This document shows, piece after piece, positions 36,767-49,501 of a DNA stretch of 64,000 bases. The notes below the pieces were generated by a model. The model saw only the letters and a program-made list of their open reading frames with translations. It was not told where the DNA came from and ran no database searches. Source of the stretch: Felis catus (lineage: Eukaryota); contig NC_058383.1 of the NCBI RefSeq assembly GCF_018350175.1, forward strand, positions 25,236,001-25,300,000, written 5' to 3'. Numbering within the stretch: the first letter of the stretch is position 1; each line of letters starts with the position of its first letter. The position numbers and the translations under genes were made by a program.

Positions 36767-38349
36767 TAGGCAGCTGGAAACCCTGTGCTCTGCGGCTCTC
36801 ACTTCCTGATGGCTGTAGGTGATGCAGCTTAGTGCTCCAGCCACAGAAAAGGGAGCTCACACTTCAATCAACCTGTTCCTCTTGCCCCGCCTTTGATCCT
36901 TGCTATTGCAAAACAGCCTGTATCTTTAAATTCTGCCATCTCTCAAAATAGGACTTGTGATGTGTCTGCACATAAGGTCCCATGTCTCCTTAAAAAGTGT
37001 GGCAAAATAATAATAATTTTAAAAGCTCAGTCTTTGAAGTCATTCATTCATTATTTTTCATTGAGCATCTACTATATGTAGGAACTGGTCATAGTGCCAA
37101 GGATCCTGTGGTAAAAAAAAAAAAACAGGACTCATGGAGTTCACACCCTGGTTGGAGAGACTGGGTTTAACTGGTTCTGCTGTGTAATCTTAGACAAAAT
37201 ACATGATGTGACTGAGCTTCATCCATCCATCTATCCATCCATCCATTTATTCAAGAAATATTTGCTGAGCATCTCCTCTGTGTCAGGCACTTCTGGGGAT
37301 ACAGAAGTGAGCAAGTAAAACACAATCCCTCCACTCCTGTAGTTTACAGTCTGGCAAGAAACGGAGTGAACCTAAAAGGTGATTACAAGTGTAGCGGGCA
37401 TGGTAGAAATGGAAGGTATAACTGGGGGCTGCTGCTGCTGTATAATGGGACCAATAATGATGCCCTCACAGGGTCTATTCAGCTTTGCAAAAACATTTAT
37501 GTGAGCACCCAGTACTTGCCAGGTACCATGATGGGAGCTGGGGAAAGACCAGTGAATAGGATAGATGCAGTCCCTGTGTTCAGGAGTCTCACAATCTTTA
37601 GAGGTGATGCACTAACACAGCCTACAGACTTCTTTCCTTCACTGCACTTGTCCCTCTCCATCTAGAAGATGTAGGCCTGTTTACACAGCCACAGCAGCAG
37701 CAGCAGTGGAGAGAAGACCCACTACCCCCATTGGCCAGGGAGGCTTCAGAAGGCAGGGGTTGGTGGGGTGGGGGGCTCCAGGAGTCTCACTGAAGGCACA
37801 ACCAGAAATAAGAGGCTCTTGGGCCCAGGAGACCCAGATATTCCAAGGACTCTGGACTTGAGTGTCAAGTGGGCCAGTAGAAGCCAATGTGATGGGAAAT
37901 GTCTGCCCTGACACCAGCTGCTTCCTGGAAGTCCAGCTGTGGCTTTTCAGGACAGACCAAGGCCCTGTTGCTTTATTAGAAACTTCTGACCTCAGGGAAA
38001 ACCACACGTGTGTATCAGCAAACAGGGCTATGGGGACAGTGTATCTTGAGCTAAAAGATCTCACATGCGGGCACACAGACATGCACTGAATCCCCAGGCC
38101 TGCTGCCTTTGCAGAAGGGCTTTATGTAGGAGGACTTCAGTGCTGAGCCTGGCCCTGTCTATGGTCAATCCATGCTTAGTGGAGCCTGGTTGGATCGTGG
38201 GCAGATTTACTTTGACTCAGGTACAACCAAACACGAAGAAAAATAAAAATGCCAAAGGCAAGAGCCAGGGAAAAGAAAACACATCAGAATTAATCCTTTC
38301 GTCCCTCTGCCCCTTTTTTCTTTTCCTTTCTTTTCTTTTTCTTTACTTT

Positions 38350-38581
38350 GCTGTTGTTTGTTTTTTTTTTAACAATGAAGGAGCAGACTTCTGTTTATTT
38401 ATTTTGAGAGACAAAGAACAAGAGAGCATAGCATGAGCAGGGGAGGGGCAGAAAGAGAATCCCAAGCAGGTTCCACATAGTGTGGAGCCCGATGCAGGGC
38501 TCAATCCCAGGACCACAAGACCATTACCTGAGCCAATATCAAGAGTCAGATGTCTAATCAACTAAGTCACCCGGGTGCCCC
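38350..38581 (-). mobile_element. CAN-SINE
   Basis: T-rich tail, gcatgagcaggggaggggcaga, ending cacccgggtgcccc. Confidence 0.85.
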
Positions 38582-39771
38582 TACTTTATGTTTTTTTTTA
38601 AATCAGTTAGGTATTCAACTGCAACATTCAATAGATACTTTAAGCATAAATTAAATGCTAGACACTTTTATAGGCACCACAGTAATAGCAAGTAATCAAA
38701 ACAGAGTCCTTGCTGGTAAAGAGCTTAAGTTTAAAAGGGGGATACAATTAAACAATAACTACGTGAAATGCCAGTGACATGCACTTTGGTGTAAAAAACA
38801 AGGAAAAGAGAATAGAGCTATGGGGGTGTTATTTTATATAGGATGGTCAGGGAAAGTCTCTCTGATAAGCAGAAGCTGAGACAAGAGAATGAACTAGGGG
38901 GATATCTGAGGAAGAACATTACAGGCAAGTGCAAAGGCTCGATTTTGTGTCTTCTCAACAAGGTTTCACTAAGAGTTGAACAGCCATAAATTTTGAGGCA
39001 TGATTTGCAGGAGAGGCTCTGAAGCATGCATGTTATGATTTTTTTTTTCCATTTGTTTACCCAACAAGTACTTACAAGGCTCTGGTTACAACTGCAAAGA
39101 CAGGATCCCTGTCCACAAAGATCTTAAAGCCTTCAAGGGAGACAAATAAGTTAGCAGATAATTGAATGGAACTGGAATCATCCCAGACAGGCACAGGGGC
39201 AGAGAAGAGAAACACTGGCAAGGCTGTGGTGTTCAGGAGTCTTCCTGGTGAAGGTGGACTTAAATATGTAGTAGGAACAGTATGGGAACAGTATGATCTA
39301 GGCAGAGGGAATAGCATATGAAAAGGGCTGGAGGTAGATAAGAGCTCAGAGAGCCATAGACTGGCTGAAGCATAGAATGTGTGGAGAGGAAGCTGTAGAC
39401 GAGGTAGGAGCTGTGGCCAGCTGTCAGATCCCAGGAAGCAGGAAGTTATAGGAGTGGGGGAAAATGCCAAGATGTGATACTATGGCATTTGGCCGCATGG
39501 AAGGTAACAGAATCAAAGGAGGCAAGAAAGAAAGCAGGGAGACCCACTAGGCAGCTATTAAAATCACCCTTATCAGATGATGTTGGCCTGAAGCAGGGTT
39601 GGTGAAATGGGGCTGAAGAAGGAAAGACTGATTCAAGAAATATTTGAAAAGTGAATGACAAGTTGTGGTAATTACCAGAAATGTGAGCCTGAGGGAGAAA
39701 GGAAGGAGCCAGGCAGGTCTCCAGCTTGGGTGACCAGATGCATAGTAGTGTCACTGATTAAGACAGACAAT

Positions 39772-39936
39772 GGGGGCACCTGGGTGGCCCAGGTGGTTAA
39801 GTGTCAGATTCTTGGTTTCAGCTCAGGTCACGATCTCAAAGTTCATGGGTTCAAGCCCTGCATCCGGCTCTGTGCTGACAGCATAGAGCCTGCTTGGGAT
39901 ACTCTCTCTCCCTCTTTCTCTGCCCACCCCCTGCTT

Positions 39937-39977
<41 letters not shown>

Positions 39978-40014
39978 ATAAATAAATTAAACAAACACAC
40001 AAACTTAAAAAAAA
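39772..40014 (+). mobile_element. CAN-SINE
   Basis: ggggcacctgggtgg head, (CT)n; TSD taagacag(a/g)caatg. Confidence 0.9.
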
Positions 40015-40462
40015 TAAGACAGGCAATGCAATGAAAATGGAGAGATCTGAGTGATGGATGAGTTCAGATTTGAGCCTGCTGAGGTGAAAGTGCCTCAAGC
40101 ACCTCAGCCCAAGGAGAGAGGTCTGGCAGGAGCTGGGTAGAGAGACAGTTATGATTGGAATGGAGGGGTCAGAAGAGGGATGGAGTAAATGACTGTTTTG
40201 TGGGCCCAGATGAATTTTGGAACTCTGCATTTGTGGTGGTTGTAAGTTCCATATTTAGGGGATTTTTCTCCAAATGCAAGAGGAGTAGAGAAGGTGGCTT
40301 ATAGCACCTTTCTTTGCCCAGGTTGGGGTCTACTGGAAGATGCTACCAATGCCAGGACGTCTGTACTCCCTGCCCCCAGTAGCCTTGGCTCCTTAAAGAG
40401 TCCCAGAGAAACACAGAAGAGGCAGTGACCATTTGTTCTGCAAAAGCTTTGACTCCCTTATT

Positions 40463-40669
40463 TAAAAAAATTTTTTTTAATGTTTTTATTTATTTTTGAG
40501 ACAGAGAGAGACAAAGCATGAGCAGGGGAGGGGCAGAGAGAGAGGGAGACACAGAATCTGAAGCAGGCTCCAGACATCAGGGCTGAAGCAGGGCTCAAAC
40601 TCACAGACTGTGAGATCATGACATGAGCTGAAGTCAGACGCTTAACTGACTGAGTCACCGAGGCACCCC
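40463..40669 (-). mobile_element. CAN-SINE about 650 bp upstream of the GP2 promoter
   Basis: Perfect TSD TTGACTCCCTTATT at 40449-40462 and 40670-40683. Confidence 0.92.
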
Positions 40670-41319
40670 TTGACTCCCTTATTAATGCCACAATACCATG
40701 CCACAAAAGCCGGGTCCAAGCCTAATGCTTCAAAGTCCAAGATCTATGGCTTCCTCTCCCTTCCATACCTTCCAATCTCTAGCGTAGCCCACATATCAGA
40801 AGGGATTGGAGAAGAGGTGATTCTGACACTTATTTTGCCTTGGGGCCTTGTCTGTCCTTCGATATTCTGTAATTCACCATCCCCAAATTGGCCCTTCCCA
40901 GACTCTTCAACACTGAGTATCTAAAAATGTATAAAGTCTATGGGCCAAGAATAGGAAACACCCATTCCCAACTTCCTTATTTATTCCCTTGCTCTAACTG
41001 GCCCTGAGTGGAATGGCATCCAGACAGAAGCAGAAGTGTTCTAAGGTGATTAGCTAAGAACACAAGGTACAATTGGAAATCCATTGTGCAAACAAGTGCT
41101 GTTTGGTTACTCTCACTTCCCTTTGGGTATTAAGCTCCCTTTTGATTAGTGTTTGGTTTCTGGTAATAAATATGGCACCAGCTTCATTGGTTTATTTGGG
41201 GGGTTGGGGAGCACATACGCTTCTTCCACTATTTTCTGTGGTAAATCACTTATCTTACCTACATACACCCAACAAGATCAATGTATACCTGGGAGATTAA
41301 CTCCAGTCCTACCTCAGCA

Positions 41320-41361
41320 CCAATCACAGATAGCCACGTGGGTGGGGAAATACAATAAAAG
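41320..41361 (+). promoter_or_regulatory. Probable GP2 core promoter (CCAAT 41320, CACGTG 41335, TATA-like CAATAAAAG at about 41353)
   Basis: Motif cluster about 65-105 bp upstream of a strong donor site (AAG/gtaagt at 41426). Confidence 0.5.
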
Positions 41362-41384
41362 GATGGTCCACAGTAGGCTTTCCC

Positions 41385-41426
41385 AGAGCTGGACAGACGA
41401 GGGCCACCCTGTGTTCTTACCCCAAG
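41385..41426 (+). other. GP2: GP2 non-coding exon 1 (5' end approximate)
   Basis: cttaccccaag/gtaagt donor downstream of the TATA-like element; same layout as UMOD exon 1. Confidence 0.6.
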
Positions 41427-42719
41427 GTAAGTCCTACTTCAAGACCCAGCAGGCTTTCTCCTGATTTGGTAGGCGCTCCCCTATCATCTCTGACCCACTG
41501 GATGTGCTAGGGTTGTTTATTTCTAGCAACTTTCAGAAACAGCAAGGACTTTGGATCCTGGCCCTATCAAATATTCCAGATATCACTCTGTGTCCAACTC
41601 AACCACAATTCCAGCTACCTGCTGGCTACTCCAGGTCTACAGATGCCTCCTGCCTCCTCACCCTGCCCGTCCTCCAGGAACGTAGGCCCCTACTTGGGAT
41701 CTCACCCCTAAGAACTGCCAGACCTGCATGCTCTCTAACATATTCATGATATCCCTTCCAGAAACAGATCTCTAGCTTCAACCTGAGTCTTCCAGAGGCT
41801 TTAAGAAGTCATCAGAAATTTGTCCATCCGAGCAAAGTTTTCCAGAAAAGGGAATGTTGCTAATTTGAATGTTGGCAGGCTCTTCATAGCTCTTTGTTTC
41901 TGCCCTCCCTACCCCCCATTTACTTTTTCATTTACTGCTCAGACCTTTAGTGAGCCCCCTTGTGTGTCAGACACTGTGCTAGGAGCAAGCTATGTGGGGC
42001 TCAGTCTGACATGGTCCCACACTCACAGAAACCTACACGTATATAGGGTGCTTCAGGAGTTTCTTAGCACGGCACGTGATACACAGAACTAAGAAAGCAG
42101 CTGCTACTTTTGTCTGTAGATACTCACAGCACTGTAACTTTCTCCTCCATCCAGTCTTCCAGAGTCTCTATCTGTACCTGAGCAAGAACCAACCTGGGAC
42201 ATTCTAGGACGTCCTATAGCACCGGCCACCTCTAAGCTTGCCTTTGGTTCTCTTGATGCCAACCTCATCCCTTTGGCAAGCCACCTACTCTCATTACCCC
42301 CACCTCCTTTCTGCAAGTCACGCCTGCTTTAAAACAACACAGTCCTTCATGAAGGAAGTCATAGGTCCGTTTCTGAGAACGTGGGCCTGTGGTCTTAAAC
42401 AAGCTATTTAATTTCCAGCACAGTGCCTGCATGCAGGAGGAGCTCAGTAAATATTTCTGTGATAAATATGTTCTGAGTCCCATCTCCCTCTTCATCCATA
42501 AAAGGGAACAATAATAGTACCTTCCCTGGCTGGTGGTTCAGAGCCTTAAGGTATGCAAGGGGCTGAGTACAAGCCATGGTGCTGAACTGATGTGAATTTC
42601 TTTCTAACCCTTATACCCAGAGGAATGACTTCTGTCACCCTGATTGTATCTGGGTCTTTCCCTCCCCCTAGCTGCATGGAGAGTCTGCATGCTGCTGAGT
42701 AACCTACACATCTCAGCTT

Positions 42720-42801
42720 ATGGAAATGATGGTGGGCTCTTATGTCTTGTGGCTGGCCTTGGCCTCCTGCATTCTGACTCTGGCATCTACAGAACAGCAA
42801 G
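42720..42801 (+). CDS. GP2: GP2 exon 2: start and signal peptide (MEMMVGSYVLWLALASCILTLASTEQQ)
   Basis: ORF from 42720 (alternative in-frame ATGs at 42726 and 42729), G/gtatgt donor; probable acceptor AG at 42670-42671. Confidence 0.9.
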
Positions 42802-44114
42802 GTATGTGCTCTGTTCATCTGGCATCTCAGATGGCCCACCAAACCTGGGGAGAGGGGGAGTGCAGAGAAGGCAGTTCAGGGTCAGTGAGGAGAACAGGGA
42901 CATGTCTAAAGCAAAGACTCAGCAGCTAGAAGTCAAGGGGAACAAGATGAGAGAAACCAGAATGCAGCCATAATCTCTCAAAGACTCAAATCAGAAATCC
43001 CCAGTGTGAGGACCATGGAGCCAGTTAATATAACTTCCTATGCCCAGATATATGGAGCTCAGATAGCAGATTCACGGGGACATGAATCGCCCAGTCACTC
43101 TGTGCCCTTGCTTTGGCAAGTACCTTCTCCTTCCTCTGTATGTTTGCTCATCTGTAGAAAGAAAGGATTGCAGGTAGTGATTTCTTGGGGTCCATTCAAA
43201 GATCTGTGGATTGGGCACCTTAGGTGGTTGTAGAAAATGTCCTCAGGCTCAACACCAGGGTGAAATCTCTGCCTGTATCAACTGTGGAGGGGGCTGTGGG
43301 GAGGGGAGAGGAGGGACTCAGCTCATGGTGTCCCTTGGGAAAACACATCGTGTGGGAGGGAAATAATCCAAGAACAGCAAGTGCAGCGACTTATTTCCTT
43401 AAAACAAGCACATACATAAGCAAGGCTTGAAAATCTTTTCTTCTAAAAACTCCCTCTACCGTGTATTACAAGAATGCAATCCTGCGTGTGTTCTTAGTCC
43501 ATAATTCAGGCTCTCACACCGTTCAGTAAATCAGAACTGGAGGAGAGAACCAGCCTCAACTCCTCTTAGGACTCAGGTGCTGTGTTTCGCATTTTACAAT
43601 TATTACCTCATTTAATCCTCTAGCAATGCTTTAGGGTTTTATTTCCTCAAAACAGGGGACACATTCCAGGAAGACTACAGCAGTGCATGGCAAACTCTTA
43701 AAAATTCTTTTGATGGCTATGTATATTTTTTCATGTGTATTAAAAATCTGTAACTAGTACAACATACCTATGGTATCACAGATATTATTCCTTAGGATGA
43801 AACAACTTTATAAAGAGAAGCATTGAAAGAAACATATTAAGTAGATAATTGGATAGGGGGACACAGATGTGGCAAACACCATGACTCAAGGCATGAGAAT
43901 GGAGGGAGTTTGGGAACCACTAGCAACAGGTGTTGTTTTGCAGATTCATCTCAGGGGAGTTGAACCACCTGTCAAGATCATCCAGCCAGCAGGGGTGGAG
44001 CTTATTTAAACTCAGAATGACCAGCCCACCCCTTCACTTCTCAGCCTCTTCACACATCATAGTTCCTGAATCTGCTAAAAACAGATCAGCAAAATCAGAA
44101 AGGGTCATGTTAGA

Positions 44115-44313
44115 GCAGTGGTTCTCCATTGGGGGTGATTTAAGCAATATCTAGAGACAACTTCCAGGAGGAAGGAGCTACTGAAAGCTAGTGAGAAGAG
44201 CCCAGGGAAGCTGCTGAACATCCTATAATGCACAGGATGCCCCCACCCCTGCCTGCCCCAACACAGAATTATCCATCCTCAAATATCAGTAGTGCCAAGG
44301 TTGAAAAACCTTG
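44115..44313. mobile_element. MER20-like hAT-Charlie MITE
   Basis: cagtggttctcca...gctgctgaacatcctataatgcacagga...aatatcagtagtgccaaggttgaaaaacc. Confidence 0.75.
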
Positions 44314-44386
44314 TGTTAGATCTGTATCTACTGATAATGGGAAAATGTCTATGATATATTAAATAAAAATGTAAGTGTAAAAAAAA

Positions 44387-44605
44387 GGGGTGCCTGCGTG
44401 GCTCAGTCGGTTAGGTATCCAACTTCAGCTCAGGTCATGATCTCAGTTTGTGGGTTCGAGCCTCGCATTGGGCTGGGTGCTGACGGCTCAGAGCCTGGAG
44501 CCTGCTTCAGATTCTGTGTCTCCCTCTCTCTGTGCCCCTCCCCTGCTCACACTCTGTCTCTCTCTCTCTCTCAAAAATAAATAAACATTAAAAAAAATTT
44601 TTTAA
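44387..44605 (+). mobile_element. CAN-SINE
   Basis: ggggtgcctgcgtggctcagtcggttag head, B-box gttcgagcc, A-rich tail. Confidence 0.9.
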
Positions 44606-45135
44606 AGCTGTACAGCATTAAACCCATTAAAAAAAACCCTATAGTTTAAACATATGCATAGAAAGAGTCTGAAGACTATACAATAAATTTATGGATATTT
44701 CTGGGGATGGAATGGACTTGTGACAACTTTCATTACTACTTTATTCAATGACATTTGAAGTTTTTTCCAATCAGCCTGTATTGCATTTATAATACATAGA
44801 CAGGACCATAGTATATGGTTGCACAGGGGAGCACTACACAACTCTAGAGCCTGGGGGAGGGCACCACGCTCAATGTGAAGGATGCCCCTTGGAACTGTGC
44901 AGGGTGGAGACCTTAGTGTTCTTAATGCCTATAAAATACCACACAAAGTCCTCATTATTATTCTGACTCCAAGGTGATGAAGGCTAATGTGTAATGAATG
45001 GGTTGTGTGCCTCATGTCCTCATTAGGGTCCTTAAGCATATTGAAAACAGAGTGTGTTGGGGGGAGGTGAGGGGGATAAAAATCCTGTGGGCTCTGAGGA
45101 TGCTCAGTAAACCCAAGCACACTGTTGCTTTCCAG

Positions 45136-45522
45136 GTGACAGATACTTCACCAACAGTAGTTCCTATGACCCCTGCCAGAATTACACCCGCCTGGACGAA
45201 CCCTCCCGAAGCACAGAGAACACGAGAGAAGGCCGGGTGTGTGACAGGGACAAGCATGGCTGGTACCGCTTTGTGGGAGATGGAGGAGTAAGGATGCCAG
45301 AGACCTGTGTCCCAATGTACCGCTGCCAGACAGATGCTCCTATGTGGCTGAATGGGACCCACCCCACGCTTGGGGAGGGCATTGTCACTCGCACCGCTTG
45401 TGCCCACTGGAGCGGCAACTGCTGTCTCTGGAAGACCCAGGTGCTGGTGAAGGCCTGCCCGGGCGAGTTCCACGTATACCAGCTGGAGGGCACCCCCAAG
45501 TGTAATGTGAGATACTGCACAG
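45136..45522 (+). CDS. GP2: GP2 exon 3: D10C domain ([26 protein letters not shown]...VRYCT)
   Basis: tttccag acceptor, G/gtgagc donor, 387 nt; GWYRF and [10 protein letters not shown] shared with UMOD exon 3. Confidence 0.95.
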
Positions 45523-46379
45523 GTGAGCCGCAGAGAGATGGGGGCAGCTGTGGGGTGGGGCCACCAGCTACCGGGTGACTTTCCAGGCCTCAGCAGAGTG
45601 AGTGGAGCAGGCCAGGAGACTAAGCAGAGCAGCCTGGATTCAACTCCTGCCAGTTACCGCCCAGTGGGGATGTCACCCAAGGTTGCCAGCCTTCCAACAT
45701 TTCAAGTACGGCCAGAAATTCAGATCGGAGGGTGAAATACCCCTGATATACCATATGTGTAGCATAATATGAAGAACTCAGGCTCACTCAGATTTAGATT
45801 CCATTTGGGCCGTTCAATTTATCTTTCTGAACTTGGGTTTTCTGATCTGAAAAAATGGATAATGGCAAAAGTAACAGCCAGTGCATAGTGTTTCTGCTCC
45901 TATCCAAAGCCCTTTAGACTACTAACTCATTTAATCCTCACACCAGTCTCACGAAATAGAGATACTGTATAACTATACCTGATGAGAGGTCTGGGGCGTT
46001 AAGCAGCTTTCCCAATGTCACAGAGCAGAAACATGATGGAGCTGAAATTTGAATCCAAACACTCTCGTTCTGCGATCTATATGCCTAACCACTATGCTAC
46101 TTAGTCAAACAGTTACCATGAGAATTGAATGAGCTCATGTGTGGAAAATACTTGAACAGTGTCTGCCACGCAGTAAGCATTAGGAGGGCAGCCTCTGGGT
46201 TCTCATTTCACTGGACTGGGGGTCAGAAAATCCAAGTTTGAGACTTAACCCTTCCACTATATATTGCACATCCTTGGGTGTGACTTCTGTGCCCTGGTAG
46301 AATGACACAGTTGGCCTTGATAGCCTCAGATGGCCCTGCTCTGCATTCTGATCCTCTTCCTCTGTGCCTCACCCCCTAG

Positions 46380-46490
46380 ACCCCTCCACTGCAAAGGCCA
46401 AGTGTGAGAAGGCCTGCCGCCCGGAGGAGGAGTGCCGCTTTCTCAACGGCACATGGGACTGTTTGTGCAGACAGGACCTCAACAGCTCTG
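46380..46490 (+). CDS. GP2: GP2 exon 4 (EGF-like)
   Basis: ccctag acceptor, G/gtaagt donor, 111 nt; DPSTAKAKCEKACRPEEEC. Confidence 0.94.
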
Positions 46491-48183
46491 GTAAGTGGCT
46501 TGGTGGGGCTGGGATGTGGGAACAGTGCCACCGGTGGAGGCTGAGTGAGGCAGCAGGGAGGGAGCCTCAGAGGGTCAGGACAAGGTATAGACCAGAGTCA
46601 GTGGGGATGGAACTGAGATCAGGGAATGAAAGTTCTCAAAGCCATTTGCAAGGATGGGAGAGCAGGGACGCAACAAATTGCCAGGTCAGTCTTCGGACCA
46701 TGGTCTCAGAAAGCAGCTCTGGCATGGGCCAGCTTGACCCACAAGGGTGAAAGGTACTACGGACAAGCACCCTGCTAGTGTGGAACCTGTATTCAAATAT
46801 CTGCATGTGAGAAACAAGGGCAGACTCTTTTGCTAGTCCTGGATTTGTGACTTAGTAGCTCTCTGGGGCCTGGGACAAGGCATCTATACTTTCTGAGCCT
46901 TAATGTCATCATCTGTAAAAGAGGAATAAGAGAATAGTAAAAATAGCCACCATACAGGGCAATTGTGAACATTAAATCAGAGCAGTCCAAATGGGCAGGC
47001 TTGTCAGGTGATGAGGTTCTTGTCCCAGGAGGTAAGCAAGCAGAGGCAGATGACCCAAGAGAAAAAATGCCATAAACAAGCCCTAAACCCTGGATGGGGG
47101 GTGGATGAGCTTCCCATTATTTCCTTCCCTCCTAGGATTCTAATGAGGGCCACAAGCATGCCTTCCTCTGAGCACACTCCCAGCACACTTCCAATTTCTC
47201 TGTGGAAGAGAAAGTGTTATAGACAGAGGGGAAAGCACAAGCATATGTTTGGAAAACTGGGCTGGAGTGTGGATCAGGTGGTGCGTGAGTGTGCCTGGCA
47301 GGAGTGGGGTAGGGATGAGGGGCAGGAAACTGGAAGGAAACAACCCTGCTCTCCATGAAGTGTCTCTCTGCTCATTGGGTAGACGAACCCCCAGAGGGTC
47401 AGAGCTGTTTCCTGGGATGTGGGCCATCACAGAATCAGAATCAGATGTTGGGCTTCAAGGACGCCCTCCCTGTACCTGGAGACTCCTAGCACATCCTTGG
47501 CAGGTCCTGTCAGGTGACTGGGTGAGCAGGTGGCCTGCCCTCGAGTCTTCAATGGTGGCTACTTAGCAAGTCCCTTTGCTTCCAGGAATAACCCCTTTGT
47601 GATCTGGCTTTTTTGCTGACTTCTCCATCTCTTGCACTCCACCCTCAACCATTCTAAGTTCCTGTACCTCTGAGCTCCGCATGTCTGTAAACACACCATC
47701 CTCTCCCATCACCTCTGCTGTGGTGCCCTCACTTGCCTTATACACCTGCAAAGCTCCTACTCTCTACTAAGTTTCAGCCCTCTGTGAATCTTTCTCTGAC
47801 TTAACGGAAAGACTCAGATATACCTTCTTGTGCGCTCCCTCTGCACCTAGCACACACTTCAGTTAGTACTTTCCCCATATTGCATTATAATAAGCTATTG
47901 ACATGTTGGTTCTTAGGTAAGACCAAGGAATCCTCTCGAGCTGTGTCCATGTTTATTTTTGTGTTGAATGTGCCACCCACATGGAGAAAGTGGTTAGTAA
48001 ATGTATTTGAATCAATGCATTCATAAATATAATAGAAATGGTATTTCTCTTAATTTACTATCCATCTCCCCTATGAGAATGTTAGCTCTCTATATAAGCG
48101 TGGGGATTTTGTCAGTTTTGACAAACACTGTGTCGCCAGTACCTATAACGGTGCAGACAGTAAATGCTCAAGCAGTATTTGTT

Positions 48184-48250
48184 GAATAAATGTTGAATGA
48201 ATGAATGAATGAATGAATGGAATGAATGAGTGAATGAACAAATGAACGAA
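48184..48250. repeat. (GAAT)n simple repeat, probably an L2 3' tail
   Basis: gaatgaatgaat following gtaaatgctcaagcagtatttgttgaat. Confidence 0.75.
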
Positions 48251-48642
48251 ATACAGTGGTTGTGAAACTGTCAGATGTACTGGCTTCACAAAGCCAGGCA
48301 ATCAGAGTAGTGTGTGTCTAGTTTTGATTCTAGTCTGAAAGGCAGGATAGCCCTGCTTTCCCAAAGACCCCAATCCCCAGAAACCCCGATTCCTGATCCC
48401 TGAGATATGAAAGCTCTCCCCACACCTGCACACAGGGTGCTTAGAAATCCTGGGCCAGGGGCCTTGCCAACCTCATCTGCCACAAGCCTGGGTGTGAATC
48501 CCACCTTGGTCCCAAGTACCTACTAGTCTACCCTCTACTCCCTGGGGGATATGGGGGCTTTTCCAAAGGGCAGAGAATGTGGGCTCTGCCCATTGCTTCC
48601 AGAGCCCTGTCCACTCCACCAATCCTCTTCTCAACTTTCCAG

Positions 48643-48854
48643 ATGTTCACGGTTTGCAGCCTAAGCTGGACTGTGGGGCCAAGGAGATCAAGGTGTCACT
48701 GGACAAGTGTCTGCTGGGAGGCCTAGGTTTTGGGGACAAGGTCATTGCCTACCTGCGTGACGGGAACTGCAGCAGTACCATGCAAAGACAGGACAGAAAC
48801 TGGATGTCTGTGACCAGCCCTACCCAGGCTAGGGCCTGCGGAAACATCCTGGAG
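48643..48854 (+). CDS. GP2: GP2 exon 5 (ZP-N)
   Basis: tttccag acceptor, GAG/gtgagt donor, 212 nt. Confidence 0.94.
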
Positions 48855-49352
48855 GTGAGTGGTGTTTATACCACGGCTGCCAGAGGGTGGGAGCTGGGCT
48901 GTGAAGCCCAGCTCAGTAGTTATAAGACCTTGGTCAAGTCACTTAGCCTCTCTGGGCCTCTGGTCGAAGGCGAGATTACACATTCGTGAACGTGTTCGTT
49001 CACATGAATAGTTTAGAACATGTTTGCTGATTGAGCTCAATAAATGTAAGCTACAATTATGATTACTCTAATCAGGGGTGATGTGGGAGGGGTCAACATG
49101 GGAGCAAGCATGGTGGTTGCTGATTCTCCCCATGGGCCAAAAACTACTATTCCAGTTCTTGATCTGGGATCCTCACACCCTTTCCCATAAAGTGTCATAG
49201 CCACTGGGGCAAGAGGCCCCTGTGCTTCCTTGCAATCAGAAGGTAGGGTGGCAGTGTGATTGAAAGCATCAACCTTGCAGTCAGGCAGGCGTGAGTTCCA
49301 GATACATTTACATACACATAAGCATATATGTGGTCTTGTTTTTATGTCAAAG

Positions 49353-49501
49353 AGAAATGGAACCCATGCCATCTACAAAAACACCTTCTCCTTGGTCAAT
49401 GCTTTCATCATCAGAGACACCATCCTCAACATCAATTTCCAGTGTGCCTACCCACTGGACATGAAAGTCAGCCTCCAAACTGCCCTGCATCCCATTGTAA
49501 G
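49353..49501 (+). CDS. GP2: GP2 exon 6 (YPLDMKVSL)
   Basis: tcaaag acceptor, AG/gtaagg donor, 149 nt, same size as UMOD exon 6. Confidence 0.94.

Noticed and set aside
41335..41350. PTF1 composite site (E-box plus TC-box) in the GP2 promoter
   Set aside because: CACGTG-ggtg-GGGAAA has the TC-box in the opposite orientation to the canonical E-box...TTTCCC arrangement, and the E-box core is atypical.
42802..45135. Separate mini-exon encoding the missing GP2 hairpin in intron 2
   Set aside because: I saw no LDC...VC-coding segment with splice sites by eye, and the SSY and DPC flanks are directly joined within exon 3. A tblastn search would confirm.
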